Position numbers and translations under genes: made by a program. 64,000 bases of DNA, from the NCBI GenBank assembly GCA_002419055.1, contig DIFI01000021.1, positions 24,102 to 88,101 of the forward strand, in the 5' to 3' direction. This DNA comes from Peptococcaceae bacterium UBA5752. GTDB lineage: Bacteria > Bacillota > Dehalobacteriia > UBA4068. Below the pieces are notes generated by a model. It had not been told where the DNA came from, ran no database searches, and was given only the letters and a program-made list of their open reading frames with translations. Numbering within the stretch: position 1 is the stretch's first letter; the number at the start of each line of letters is the position of its first letter. Below, piece after piece: positions 1 to 9,704 of this stretch.

Positions 1-142
1 TGTTCATATAATGGCAGAATGGTGATTTCTTTTACATCACCTTTCCGCGATACAAATATCCAAAAGACATTTTTTACGATGCTTTCTAAACAGGGAATAG
101 AGATTGAAATTACGTCTAATTTCTAAAAGAGAGGAGAGTACA

Positions 143-811
143 ATGCAATATTGCAAGCACTGTCATGTGCATATTCGGGGAGAAAATGATCAATGTATTT
201 TATGTGGAAATACCCTTTCCGCCGGCGATACTGTTTATGAACATGAAAAAATATTTCCCCGTATACCGCCTTCCTATGAAGGGCATTTGGCAATGCGGAT
301 GGCGGTATTTATTTCTTTTACATCTGTGATAGCCAGTTTTGCGGTTCGTATCATGTTTCCTACAGATATTAATTGGCCCATATTTGTGGTATTTGGGCTT
401 TTGAGCATGTGGTTAAGTTTAATTATCATTTTACGTAAAAGAAAAGATATACCTAAGACCATCATGTGGCAAGTATCCATTGTGTCCTTGCTTTCTGTTT
501 TATGGGATTGGCTATTCGGCTGGAGAGGCTGGTCGTTGGAATATGTTATTCCGATTATTTATATCGGAGCAATGTGTATAATGTATTTAACAGCGAGAAT
601 TATGAAACTCAGTATCAGGGATTATCTTATCTATGCAGTATTAGATAGTATGTTCGGAATAGTGCCGATTCTGTTTATTATATTTAATTGGGTAAATAGA
701 CCTTATGCTTCCATCTTATGTGTAGCAATCAGTATCATATTTTTAGCAGCAATATTCATTTTCCAGGGTGATAATATCAGAAATGAATTAAGCAAAAAGA
801 TGCACTTATAA
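143..811 (+). CDS. Membrane protein with N-terminal zinc-ribbon (CKHC...CILC) and 4-5 TM helices; function unknown
   Basis: ORF 104..811. The internal ATG at 143 is preceded by GAGAGGAGAG (RBS). Two CxxC pairs are followed by hydrophobic helices. Confidence 0.55.
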   Translation: MQYCKHCHVHIRGENDQCILCGNTLSAGDTVYEHEKIFPRIPPSYEGHLAMRMAVFISFTSVIASFAVRIMFPTDINWPIFVVFGLLSMWLSLIIILRKRKDIPKTIMWQVSIVSLLSVLWDWLFGWRGWSLEYVIPIIYIGAMCIMYLTARIMKLSIRDYLIYAVLDSMFGIVPILFIIFNWVNRPYASILCVAISIIFLAAIFIFQGDNIRNELSKKMHL

Positions 812-918
812 ACAGTTGTTATCAGCTTTGTCTGCATTTTTTTGTAGAGATTAACCGGGTAGCAATTTAATTAATAATCGAATGTTAATAATACTATAAG
901 AGATAAGGAGAAAATATT

Positions 919-1053
919 ATGGGCGATAAGAATATAAAAAAAGAAGCAAAGAAGAAGAAGAAAACAGATGTAAAAACTTCTATATCCTCAATATCACAAA
1001 AACCGGTTATGACGCAACCCGAATTAATCAAAAAAAAGAAAACTCCTATGTAA
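919..1053 (+). CDS. Small lysine-rich peptide (44 aa), hypothetical
   Basis: ATG at 919 is preceded by AAGGAG. It translates to MGDKNIKKEAKKKKKTDVKTSISSISQKPVMTQPELIKKKKTPM and is followed by a hairpin terminator. Not in the ORF track (<60 aa). Confidence 0.25.
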   Translation: MGDKNIKKEAKKKKKTDVKTSISSISQKPVMTQPELIKKKKTPM

Positions 1054-1132
1054 AAATAGCGTATTAGTTGCAGTCATCAATAGCATAACAGTAGCAGTTA
1101 TTTCAGGTATGCTCCTTTGCTATTGCATAAAA

Positions 1133-1173
1133 CAAAGACCTGCCATCATTTTTAGATATCAGGTCTTTTTGGT
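1133..1173 (+). terminator. Rho-independent terminator-like hairpin (AGACCTG...CAGGTCT + T-run)
   Basis: Inverted repeat AAGACCTG / CAGGTCTT followed by TTTTT. Confidence 0.4.
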
Positions 1174-1425
1174 GTGTCTAACTAAAGCACAGCGGTAATC
1201 TCTTGTATCATTGTTGTTACATAACAAAAATCCTTTTTATAGCTAATAATATATATTGTATCCGGCAAAGAATAATCTATAGTGTAAATAATTTTATAGA
1301 GGCCATTTACAATTATTTACAAGAATGGTATAATTAAACCGTTATATTTATTAATGTATAACGAATTGACGTGTGTCAATTTTCGCCATAACGGCTGATA
1401 AAAAATAGATATTGGGTGGGTGAAA

Positions 1426-2496
1426 ATGCATTTAAAAAACTGTTTGATACTGGCTTGTATTATATTTGGCATAGTATTTCTTCTTGGTTGTGATGCCAAA
1501 ACTGATGAAAATACTATTGCCGACTACTCTAATGAAGAGATAACTGTTTCCGGCCTTGCGGATGAGGATTTTACTGTCACTGTTGCGGACTTGGCCGCAC
1601 TGGACAGCGTTGAGCGCAGCGCTTCCGCCCAGCGCTCAAATGGAGAGGAAGTTTCTATTGACGCGGTCGGCCCCCTGTTGGATACTTTTTTAGCACAGTA
1701 TGGCAAAAGTCAGAGCGATTTTACCAGCATCCGCTTTACAGCTTTCGACAAATATTCCATTACTGTTGACAGTCAAGTGCTGGATAACAGGGAAATTGTG
1801 CTGGCGGTTGCGGATGGAGGCGATGCGCTTTCCAAAGATGACCAGCCGCTGCGGGTGGTGATACCGGGGGAGAGGGCGATGTACTGGGTTCGTCATCTTT
1901 GCCGCATTGATTTTGAAAGCGGCGAGACAACCAGTCAGTGCCGGAAGATGGTCTTTCTTTCCGCGGCAGTACAGACGCTCAAAAGCAGTGATTATGATTA
2001 TAACGGCGTAACGGATCAGGTGATTGCTGTCGGCGATTTGCTTGATGCTTATGCGGACAGTGAAAATGCCGATACGGTATCTCTGATTGCCGCCGACGGT
2101 CTGACAAAATCGGAAACCGCCGCCAACTTCCGTTCCGGGTTGCTTAAATACACGGGTGCGGATGCTCCGCGCTTTGTTGCCGATGAGCTTCCGGAAGGGA
2201 TGCAAATTTATGACTTGTTGATGATCGGTTATGGGCAGATGGAATTTCTAACGTTGGATAAACTGATTTCACTCTATGGAAACGAGGATGGTATTTTATT
2301 CTTTGATGTTACCCAAAAGGCTAACGGAGTAAGCGCGGAAAGTTATGTCTTCACTTGTCAGGATGGCAGCAGCGTTACGCTTCCCGTAGACGAGCTGCAG
2401 GATGCGACACTTTCTTTGGACGAAGAAGGCCGAGTTATTTTGCAACCTGCTAGCGGTGAGAAGGTAATTGACCTGCTGCAAATTGAGGCGAAATAA
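1426..2496 (+). CDS. Secreted lipoprotein with two tandem sulfite-oxidase/YedY-like (Oxidored_molyb-like) domains
   Basis: Lipobox FLLGC after a hydrophobic N-terminus. ATG 1426 is preferred over GTG 1420 given the upstream GGGTGGG. The motif QPLRVVIPGERAMYWVRHLCRIDF resembles the YedY/SO C-terminal strand. No Cys at the Moco-ligand position. Confidence 0.65.
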   Translation: MHLKNCLILACIIFGIVFLLGCDAKTDENTIADYSNEEITVSGLADEDFTVTVADLAALDSVERSASAQRSNGEEVSIDAVGPLLDTFLAQYGKSQSDFTSIRFTAFDKYSITVDSQVLDNREIVLAVADGGDALSKDDQPLRVVIPGERAMYWVRHLCRIDFESGETTSQCRKMVFLSAAVQTLKSSDYDYNGVTDQVIAVGDLLDAYADSENADTVSLIAADGLTKSETAANFRSGLLKYTGADAPRFVADELPEGMQIYDLLMIGYGQMEFLTLDKLISLYGNEDGILFFDVTQKANGVSAESYVFTCQDGSSVTLPVDELQDATLSLDEEGRVILQPASGEKVIDLLQIEAK

Positions 2497-3275
2497 TGAT
2501 AAAAAAACGCTGGCCATGGCTGTTAATAATAATACTGGCAGCGGTAGCAGCATATATCTCAGGCAGGCTGATGCAGCCAGCCTATACCCCTGTAATATAC
2601 ATTGTTGGCGATGTTGAGAAATGTTTAGAAACAAATGATATAGACAAGCTGGGGGATTTGCAACAGGTTGATTTTGATAGCGATACATATCAAGCGGTAA
2701 CACTTGCGGATGTTGTTGCCGCAGCGCAGCCCGCTGCACAAACCAAGAGGGTTCTGATGATTGCGGACGATGGGTTTTCGGTGGAGATAGCAGGGGATAC
2801 GCTGGATGATTGCTGGCTGACCTTTACCCCTAAAGATGGTTGGCGCGTTTTGGCTCCGCTGCATCCGCTCTCCGCCAACGGCACGCATATTTGGCGCATT
2901 GTGGTAGTTGCTGACAGTAGCAGCCAAACTGCTCTTACGGTAACTGCCGGCGGCGAAACGAGCAGCTTTACAATTGGACAATTGTATGCAGGAACAACAA
3001 TCAGCTTCCCTTATCCGGAAGGAACGGCGGAAAAGGCAACGGATGACGTTGTTTATTCCTCTACTGTCTATACCCGTCGTGATTGCCTGACATTGGCGCA
3101 GCTTGGCTGTGATGAGGCCGCTGAAATACAGATAAACGCGGCAAATGGTCAAAGTCTGACTGTGAACTCGTCCGAAACAGGGCTGTTCCAGCTGAACGGT
3201 AATAGTTTGAGTTATATCAATGCAATACAGCGCAAACAAATGGAAGATGTTGATGAAATTGTGGTACTGAAGTAA
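2496..3275 (+). CDS. N-terminally membrane-anchored protein with an SO/YedY-like half domain
   Basis: TAATG overlap with the upstream gene (translational coupling). N-terminal TM WPWLLIIILAAVAAYI. Motifs VTLADVV...VLMIADDGFSVEIAGD...THIWRIVVV. Confidence 0.55.
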   Translation: MIKKRWPWLLIIILAAVAAYISGRLMQPAYTPVIYIVGDVEKCLETNDIDKLGDLQQVDFDSDTYQAVTLADVVAAAQPAAQTKRVLMIADDGFSVEIAGDTLDDCWLTFTPKDGWRVLAPLHPLSANGTHIWRIVVVADSSSQTALTVTAGGETSSFTIGQLYAGTTISFPYPEGTAEKATDDVVYSSTVYTRRDCLTLAQLGCDEAAEIQINAANGQSLTVNSSETGLFQLNGNSLSYINAIQRKQMEDVDEIVVLK

Positions 3276-3351
3276 TTTTTTTACCGTTGTATATTCTTTT
3301 GTGAGAATAGTTTTGTACGCAAATAATAAAAAATAGTTTTTAGGAAAGATA

Positions 3352-5274
3352 ATGAACAAATTTAATTTCAAATCACAATGTTTATATAGTTCTAACATAA
3401 AATTGGTGACAATTGCCTTGCTAATGATTGCATTAATTGTTTTTGCTTGGCCTGCACAGCCAGCTTCGGCGGCTAATGCTTTGACCGTGCAGGTGAGCAA
3501 AGGCGGTGAAATCGCAAAAGTTGCAAGCTACAGCAAAGAAGATCTGGAAGCGCTGGGTACGGTGCAGCAGTATTATTCTTCGGTGGATGCTAACAGTGCA
3601 CCGGTAGTAGTTGTGGCGCGCGGCGTGGCCATATCTACCCTGATGGCCGATTTGGGTATTAATATCGCGGATGCTGAAACTTTGCGCTTTGCTTCCTCTG
3701 ACGGCGGCAACCGCAGCTATAGCGTAGCGACTTATGTTTCCGCAGCACGTTATTATTATCCGCAGATTGTAGACGGTTACGATGCGGATGCCGATGAAAT
3801 TCCGGCATTCGTAGCCGGTGCTGATCAAGAAAAAGTTAAAGTCAGCGCTATGTTGGCATTAGCCAGCTATGAAGGACGCTATCAATCGAAGCCAGACGCT
3901 TCACAAATGAGCTCTGCCAATGGTTTACGATTTTGCTATGGGCAAAGCGCTATTAACGAAGCGGTTTCCCTTAATTACAACAAATATATAAACAGCCTGA
4001 CTATTGTCCTCAAAAGCAGCAGTAGCTATCAACTGCCCGAAGAAGATGAGAGCAGTGGAGAAAGCAGCGGTGATACTGCCATACCCAGTACCGGTATTCC
4101 GGAAGTTCTGGATAGGGAAGGATTGATGGCGGATACGCTGACCATCACTGTGGGCTATTACGGCGGTACATATTATACAAAAAAGGTTTTTACCTTGGAA
4201 GAACTGCAGGCCATGGCCAATGTGCAGCAGGTATATAGCTGTATCGATAATATGCCGGCGGTATGTCTGGATGCAGCGGTTGGCGTGAGGCTAACGGATA
4301 TATTGGCGGCGGCTGGTATAGATGTCAATTCAGTGCAGAGCTTCCACTTTTATTGTGCGGATGTCTCCCGAACTTGGTATACGTCCATGAGTAAAACATA
4401 TTTGCTCGATACGCCGCGTTATTATTATCCTAATTTGCCGAAAAGCTGGGATTATGATGAAGCTAAGGCTATTTCCGGCGCGACTGCCGGTGCGCGGGAG
4501 GTTGATGTTATCTTAGCACTGCAGGATAAATGGCGGCGTTTTGCTATGGAAACGGATTATAGTGATCTTACCGATACAACCCGCTTTCGCTTGCTGTTCG
4601 GCCAAAGTGACGTCTATACCGTGGAGGGCTCCCGTTCCGCCAAATGGGTACATACCATAGCCGTCACGCTGGGCGGATCACCACCCAAGGGTGTTACTCT
4701 TAACGCCTCTGCTTTGGATCTGACAGTTGGCAGTGATTATCAGCTTTCCGCTACAGTGGAAAAGACAGATCAAACCACCGATACCCGCGTCATCTGGAGC
4801 AGCAGTGACGAAGATATTGTTTCCGTAGATAAATCAGGCAATATTACGGTTAAGGGCGACGGTCAAGCTACCGTTACCGCTACTACTGTTTTCGGTGGAT
4901 TGACTGCCACTGTGGTGATAAACGGCAGCACCGATGCGGCTGACAGTACCGCCACCGGCAGCAGTACCAATACCAATGGCAGTAACACAACCGGCGGCAG
5001 TAATTCTACGGAGGGCAAGGAGGATACCGATTCTGCTGATGCGGCGCAGACCGAAACCGGCGGCGTATATCGTATTTCGGTAGGTGGCTCGGATACAGCG
5101 AATAGTGAGGCAGGTGTTCAAAGGTGGCGGGACAGTGAAATGGCTGCCAACGCGGTAGCGCTTCCGGATATAGAAACGGATAGTCCTTTGATGAGGATTA
5201 CATTAATTGCAATACTGGCTTTATTTATAGTCGGTATTCTTGGCAGAATAATTATTTATCGTTTGGAGGTATGA
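3352..5274 (+). CDS. Secreted 640-aa surface protein: two RYYYP-type domains, Big_2 domain, S/T/G/N-rich linker, C-terminal TM anchor
   Basis: Signal peptide ending ASA/AN. Motifs ARYYYPQ and PRYYYPNL. Big_2-like VTLNASALDLTVGSDYQLSA...VTATTVFGGLTATVVI. C-terminal LIAILALFIVGILGRIIIYRLEV. Confidence 0.75.
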   Translation: MNKFNFKSQCLYSSNIKLVTIALLMIALIVFAWPAQPASAANALTVQVSKGGEIAKVASYSKEDLEALGTVQQYYSSVDANSAPVVVVARGVAISTLMADLGINIADAETLRFASSDGGNRSYSVATYVSAARYYYPQIVDGYDADADEIPAFVAGADQEKVKVSAMLALASYEGRYQSKPDASQMSSANGLRFCYGQSAINEAVSLNYNKYINSLTIVLKSSSSYQLPEEDESSGESSGDTAIPSTGIPEVLDREGLMADTLTITVGYYGGTYYTKKVFTLEELQAMANVQQVYSCIDNMPAVCLDAAVGVRLTDILAAAGIDVNSVQSFHFYCADVSRTWYTSMSKTYLLDTPRYYYPNLPKSWDYDEAKAISGATAGAREVDVILALQDKWRRFAMETDYSDLTDTTRFRLLFGQSDVYTVEGSRSAKWVHTIAVTLGGSPPKGVTLNASALDLTVGSDYQLSATVEKTDQTTDTRVIWSSSDEDIVSVDKSGNITVKGDGQATVTATTVFGGLTATVVINGSTDAADSTATGSSTNTNGSNTTGGSNSTEGKEDTDSADAAQTETGGVYRISVGGSDTANSEAGVQRWRDSEMAANAVALPDIETDSPLMRITLIAILALFIVGILGRIIIYRLEV

Positions 5275-5275
5275 C

Positions 5276-5908
5276 ATGTTTGCGGAAAATTTAAGTGTTG
5301 CCCTACGGGCAGTGGCAGAAAACCTGCGTAGTCCGGTGATGTGTATTCTGCTGCTGTTGATCATAATAGCGGTAGTAATGTTTGGCTCCATGATAGCGGA
5401 GATTTTTACCGAAAGAATGCGGCTCAAGGCAAAGATGCCCCGATTGGTGGATGATATTAAAGACGAAGATAAAGAGTTGGCGGATACTATCGAAAAAAGC
5501 GGATTGCTCAAGCGTCAGAAGAATGCCTTATTGGAATTGATAATTCATCCGGAATTGACACCTGTGATGCGTGAAGCTTTAGCCAGACGTCTGATTTTTG
5601 AGGAGCAGAACCATTATGACCGGATCGTTAAAATCACTGATTTGATTTCGCGGCTTGGCCCGATGCTGGGTCTGCTTGGTACGCTGATCCCCTTGGGGCC
5701 GGGGCTGATTGCCTTAGGACAGGGAGATACATATTCTTTATCTCAATCCCTGCTTACTGCCTTTGATACAACCATTGCAGGTTTGGCCTCAGCCGTACTG
5801 GCTTTTGTGATATCCGCTATCCGTAGGAGCTGGTACGAAAACTATATGACGATGCTCGAAGCTTTGATGGAATGTATATTGGATAGGGAGGCCGGCCATG
5901 CAAAATAG
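5276..5908 (+). CDS. MotA/TolQ/ExbB-family proton-channel protein (3 TM)
   Basis: GGAGGT RBS. The start lies 1 nt after the upstream stop. Family signature LGPMLGLLGTLIPLGPGLIALGQGD...LLTAFDTTIAGLASAV. Topology is TM1, cytoplasmic loop, TM2-TM3. Confidence 0.75.
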   Translation: MFAENLSVALRAVAENLRSPVMCILLLLIIIAVVMFGSMIAEIFTERMRLKAKMPRLVDDIKDEDKELADTIEKSGLLKRQKNALLELIIHPELTPVMREALARRLIFEEQNHYDRIVKITDLISRLGPMLGLLGTLIPLGPGLIALGQGDTYSLSQSLLTAFDTTIAGLASAVLAFVISAIRRSWYENYMTMLEALMECILDREAGHAK

Positions 5909-6221
5909 TTTAAGAGGCGGCGGCTTGCGAAGCGGCCGTACGCAAAGTGATTTTAATCCTATGGATGGTTTGGCTAATTTGGCCGACTGTATGCTGGTTT
6001 TGGCCTGTGGCCTGCTGCTTTCGTTGATTGTCAGCTGGAATCTGGATATCGCGGTGGACGAAACCGTGGCAAGTCCCAACGAAAGCGCTGTTAGCGAGGT
6101 AGATGGCGTGGAGAATAGCGATCTAAATTCCATAGATGAGAACAGCGGTTATAAGGAAATGGGAAAGGTTTATAAAGACCCAAAGACCGGGCAGCTTTAT
6201 ATGGTAATAGATGATAAATGA
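5898..6221 (+). CDS. ExbD/TolR-like single-pass protein with short acidic C-terminal domain
   Basis: Overlaps the exbB-like stop (ATGCAAAAT at 5898, with GGGAGG upstream). FNPMDGLANLADCMLVLACGLLLSLIV resembles the ExbD N-terminus/TM. The periplasmic part is only ~55 aa and D/E-rich. Confidence 0.55.
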   Translation: MQNSLRGGGLRSGRTQSDFNPMDGLANLADCMLVLACGLLLSLIVSWNLDIAVDETVASPNESAVSEVDGVENSDLNSIDENSGYKEMGKVYKDPKTGQLYMVIDDK

Positions 6222-6240
6222 TAAAGGGGGAAGGGATATT

Positions 6241-8229
6241 ATGAAAAAGATCAAGGGTATATTACTGGTATTATTGACATTGTCGCTGGTGCTTTTTGTA
6301 GCTCTGCCGGCTATGGCAATTGACCCGGTGGAGCCCAGCGACACTCTGGAAGTCTGCCTTAAAACGGCGGACGGTACAGTAACGCTGCATACTTACACAT
6401 TGGCCGAGATGGAGGCCCTAGCAGACGGGGAGGATATCTGCTATTCCGGTATTGATGCCATGCCATGCACGGTAAAAACCGTGGCCAGCGGCGTTTATAT
6501 CGAGGATCTTTTGGATGATGTAGCGCAGTATACCACTATGGACGTATGGGATTTTTCTAAGCTGCGTTTCACATCTACCGATGGCGCGACAGGCATCTTT
6601 ACCGAAGACGATCTCTTCTGCGACCGCTATTATTTTGCTGCACTTCACGAAGAAAGCGGCGGGCTAAATGAAGATGGTTTAGTAGATTACGATTATGGAG
6701 AGGGCGAATTGGTTCAGCCAATGCTTTCCATCAGTGCCGAGCAGGGTCGCCGTCCGATGCCGTCAGAATTCCGCGATGATTATAACCCGGAGCGCTATAC
6801 CATTCTTTTTGGTATAACTGAGGATGAAGTAGAAAACGCTACCCAGCGCGTTTCTCAGTACAAGCGCGGCGTATATAAAATGGTTATTGATCTGGGCAAT
6901 GTATCCGCGCCTCAAGTGGCTGTAACGGGCATTGCTCTTGATAGAACCAGCGACAAGGTTTATACCGGCAAATCGATCCAGCTTACAGCTATCATTAGTC
7001 CGAGTGATGCGACTAATACGGGGGTTACCTGGAGCAGCAGTGATCAGTCGGTAGCGAAGGTATCTTCCACAGGGGTTGTCACAGGGGTTGCCACAGGAAC
7101 AGTTACTATCATCGCTACAGCTGCCGGAAATACCGCATTTAGTGCATCCTGTAACGTAACCGTATCCAACCGGAGCGTATCGGTTTCGGGCGTTTCTTTA
7201 AGCCAAAGCAGCCTGTCATTGGGAGTAGGCGGTAAAAAAGAGCTGACCGCCACCGTACTGCCCGGCAATGCCGACGAGCGCGACGTGACTTGGTTAAGCA
7301 GCAATGAAAAAGTTGCAACTGTCGATGACGGTATGATCACTGCCGTTGCCGTGGGTCAGGCTACTATAACCGTCGAGACCTCTGACGGCGGTTACACCGC
7401 TGTATGCACGGTTACCGTCACAAATGAGGCGATTGCCGTCACCGGAGTGACGCTGAACCGTACTGCCGTATCACTAGCCAAAGGCAGCAGCTTCCAGCTT
7501 GTTGCCAATTTCAGTCCGGAGGGCGCTTCCAATATGGCTGTTGTTTGGAGCAGCAGCGCACCGGGCGTTGTTGCAGTGGATACCAATGGCCTACTTACTG
7601 CAAAGAATATCGGAACCTCGACTATTACCGTTCTGACAAGTGAAGGCAGCTTTACCGCGCAATGTCTGGTAAAGGTTGCGGATTCGGTCGAAGCTTTCAG
7701 TGATATATCGGGTAATTGGGCGAAGACGTATATTGAAAGCATGGTGGATGCAGGATTTATTAGCGGCTATACTGACGGCAGCTTCCGTCCTATGGCTAAC
7801 ATTACCCGTGCTGAATTCATAAGCATACTCATCCGCATCCTTCAAAGCGCCAAGGGTGAAACATTGCAAACAGGGCATGTATTTAACGATACGTCAGCAC
7901 ATTGGGCTAAGGACTATATTTCCACCGCGGTAGCACTTTCGATTACTTCCGGCTACGGCAACGGTAATTTTGGCCCCAATGACCCAATCACCCGCGAGCA
8001 GATAGCAGTAATGCTGACCAAGGCTGCGGATTCAAGCGGCAGCACCACCGCCACCAGCTTCACCGATGTAGCTAAGATTTCCTCCTGGGCGGTTTCTTCT
8101 GTTGCTTATGCTGCGGAACAGGGATGGATCAGTGGCTACAGCAATGGCAGCTTTGGTCCGCAAAGACAAGCCACCAGAGCAGAAGTATGTGCGTTACTCT
8201 GGCGTTTTTATCAACAGATCAATGGTTAA
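6241..8229 (+). CDS. SLH-anchored surface protein: RYYYP-type domain, 4x Big_2, 3x SLH
   Basis: ATG 6241 after GGGGGAAGGG. Signal peptide ...ALPAMA. Four repeats of the type VTGIALDRTS...VTWSSSD...ATGTVTI. Three C-terminal SLH motifs (FSDISGNWAKTYIE.., FNDTSAHWAKDYI.., FTDVAKISSWAV..). Confidence 0.85.
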   Translation: MKKIKGILLVLLTLSLVLFVALPAMAIDPVEPSDTLEVCLKTADGTVTLHTYTLAEMEALADGEDICYSGIDAMPCTVKTVASGVYIEDLLDDVAQYTTMDVWDFSKLRFTSTDGATGIFTEDDLFCDRYYFAALHEESGGLNEDGLVDYDYGEGELVQPMLSISAEQGRRPMPSEFRDDYNPERYTILFGITEDEVENATQRVSQYKRGVYKMVIDLGNVSAPQVAVTGIALDRTSDKVYTGKSIQLTAIISPSDATNTGVTWSSSDQSVAKVSSTGVVTGVATGTVTIIATAAGNTAFSASCNVTVSNRSVSVSGVSLSQSSLSLGVGGKKELTATVLPGNADERDVTWLSSNEKVATVDDGMITAVAVGQATITVETSDGGYTAVCTVTVTNEAIAVTGVTLNRTAVSLAKGSSFQLVANFSPEGASNMAVVWSSSAPGVVAVDTNGLLTAKNIGTSTITVLTSEGSFTAQCLVKVADSVEAFSDISGNWAKTYIESMVDAGFISGYTDGSFRPMANITRAEFISILIRILQSAKGETLQTGHVFNDTSAHWAKDYISTAVALSITSGYGNGNFGPNDPITREQIAVMLTKAADSSGSTTATSFTDVAKISSWAVSSVAYAAEQGWISGYSNGSFGPQRQATRAEVCALLWRFYQQING

Positions 8230-8259
8230 CGGGTAAATGTTTACCGGAAAGGAGCAGAT

Positions 8260-9687
8260 ATGAAGAAGTTAAAAAAGACGGGCCTGTTTTTCTGCGTCTT
8301 GGTGGCAATTTTGATCCCTACTATGTCCTGGGCGGGAGCAACAAGTAGTCTCGATATTACCGGCCCCTGTTACGAGATGCTTTCACCCACCAACAGCGCT
8401 ACTGAGATGGCAGTTACCTGGTGGGATGCGCTGGAGGTAAACACAGCCTCTGTGCAATACAGCACCAGTTCGAACTTTAGCAGTGGTGTTTTCAGTGTTG
8501 CAGCTACCTTATCCAAAAACGATACCACTAACGGATATAGCGCTTTTGCGGCAACGATGACCAATCTTACCGCTGATACTACTTATTATTACCGCGTTGG
8601 TAATGTCACCGCTTGGAGCGATACCAATAGTTTTACAACCGGTGATGCAGCCTCGGCCAGCAGCCTTTCCATCATGTATCTGGGCGATGCCCAGTATGCA
8701 AGCTATAATGCCGCAGTAGAGGAGTATGCTACCTGGGGTAGTTTGATCAATGGCGCATATACAAAATTTCCCAATCTTGATTTTGCGTTAATGGGCGGTG
8801 ATTTAGTTAGTCTAGGTCAGTCGGCTGTCGATTGGCAGCGTTTCTACAATAATGCTAGTCCGGTATTTTCCAAATTGCCTGTATTAGCAGTGCCCGGCAA
8901 CCATGAAAGCAATGCAACTTCCGGCAAGCCGGAGCTGTTCCTGAAACTGTTCGATTTGCCGACCAACGGCCCCACAGGTTTTGAAGAGGAATTCTATTCC
9001 TATGATTACGGAAACTGTCATATCGTTTGTTTGAGCAGCAGCATATTCCTCGATGAGCAATTAGCAGCCGGCACTATGACCGAAGCTGACTTCGACACGA
9101 TTAAGCAGTGGATTGCCAGTGATTTGGCTGATTCCGATGCAACCTGGAAGATTGTGGTCATGCACCATCCTGCTTATGCGGTAGTCAGCGACGACACTGC
9201 TGTTGATGTATTGGCGAACTGGGCGCCGGTTTTTGTCAATGCACAGGTAGACTTGGTCTTATGTGGTCATCAGCATGTTTATATGCGTACCGAAGCGATT
9301 AAGGGCGTTACCTATGTGATGGGCGTATCCGGCAGCAAGTTTTATGCGCCGGCTACTGTGTCCTATTCTGAGTGTATGATCGGCTATACCAGCAATTATG
9401 AAATCATTAACGCTGATAGCAACAGTTTGACGGTAACGGCTTATGATTCTACTGGTACCAGTTTGGATACAGTGACGATTAAACCAAAAAATAGGACCAT
9501 CACGCCGACTTGGCCTGAGGATATTGTCGGTGACCTCAACGGCGACGGGTCTATTACCTCTGCCGATGTAACACTACTGATTAGCGCGATTTTAACCAAT
9601 GCTGCTTATTCCACTGTCATGGATGTAAATGATGATGGAAAAGTAAACATCTGTGACGCTCATCAGCTTAGCTTAAGCTTACTATAA
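8260..9687 (+). CDS. Purple-acid-phosphatase-like metallophosphoesterase with C-terminal dockerin
   Basis: AAGGAG RBS and a signal peptide. Fn3-like PAP N-domain (TTYYYRVGN). Metallophos motifs GDAQY, GGDLVS, GNHE, MHHPAY, CGHQH. C-terminal DLNGDGSITSADVTLL and DVNDDGKVNICDAHQL dockerin repeats. Confidence 0.85.
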   Translation: MKKLKKTGLFFCVLVAILIPTMSWAGATSSLDITGPCYEMLSPTNSATEMAVTWWDALEVNTASVQYSTSSNFSSGVFSVAATLSKNDTTNGYSAFAATMTNLTADTTYYYRVGNVTAWSDTNSFTTGDAASASSLSIMYLGDAQYASYNAAVEEYATWGSLINGAYTKFPNLDFALMGGDLVSLGQSAVDWQRFYNNASPVFSKLPVLAVPGNHESNATSGKPELFLKLFDLPTNGPTGFEEEFYSYDYGNCHIVCLSSSIFLDEQLAAGTMTEADFDTIKQWIASDLADSDATWKIVVMHHPAYAVVSDDTAVDVLANWAPVFVNAQVDLVLCGHQHVYMRTEAIKGVTYVMGVSGSKFYAPATVSYSECMIGYTSNYEIINADSNSLTVTAYDSTGTSLDTVTIKPKNRTITPTWPEDIVGDLNGDGSITSADVTLLISAILTNAAYSTVMDVNDDGKVNICDAHQLSLSLL

Positions 9688-9704
9688 GGAAGGGGGATCA
9701 GCAA

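Noticed and set aside
2625-3500. 291-aa antisense ORF overlapping the membrane-protein gene and the start of the 640-aa gene
   Set aside because: There is no RBS or recognisable domains. The + strand genes have coupled starts, signal or TM features and paralogous domains, so this is a shadow ORF in GC-rich coding sequence.
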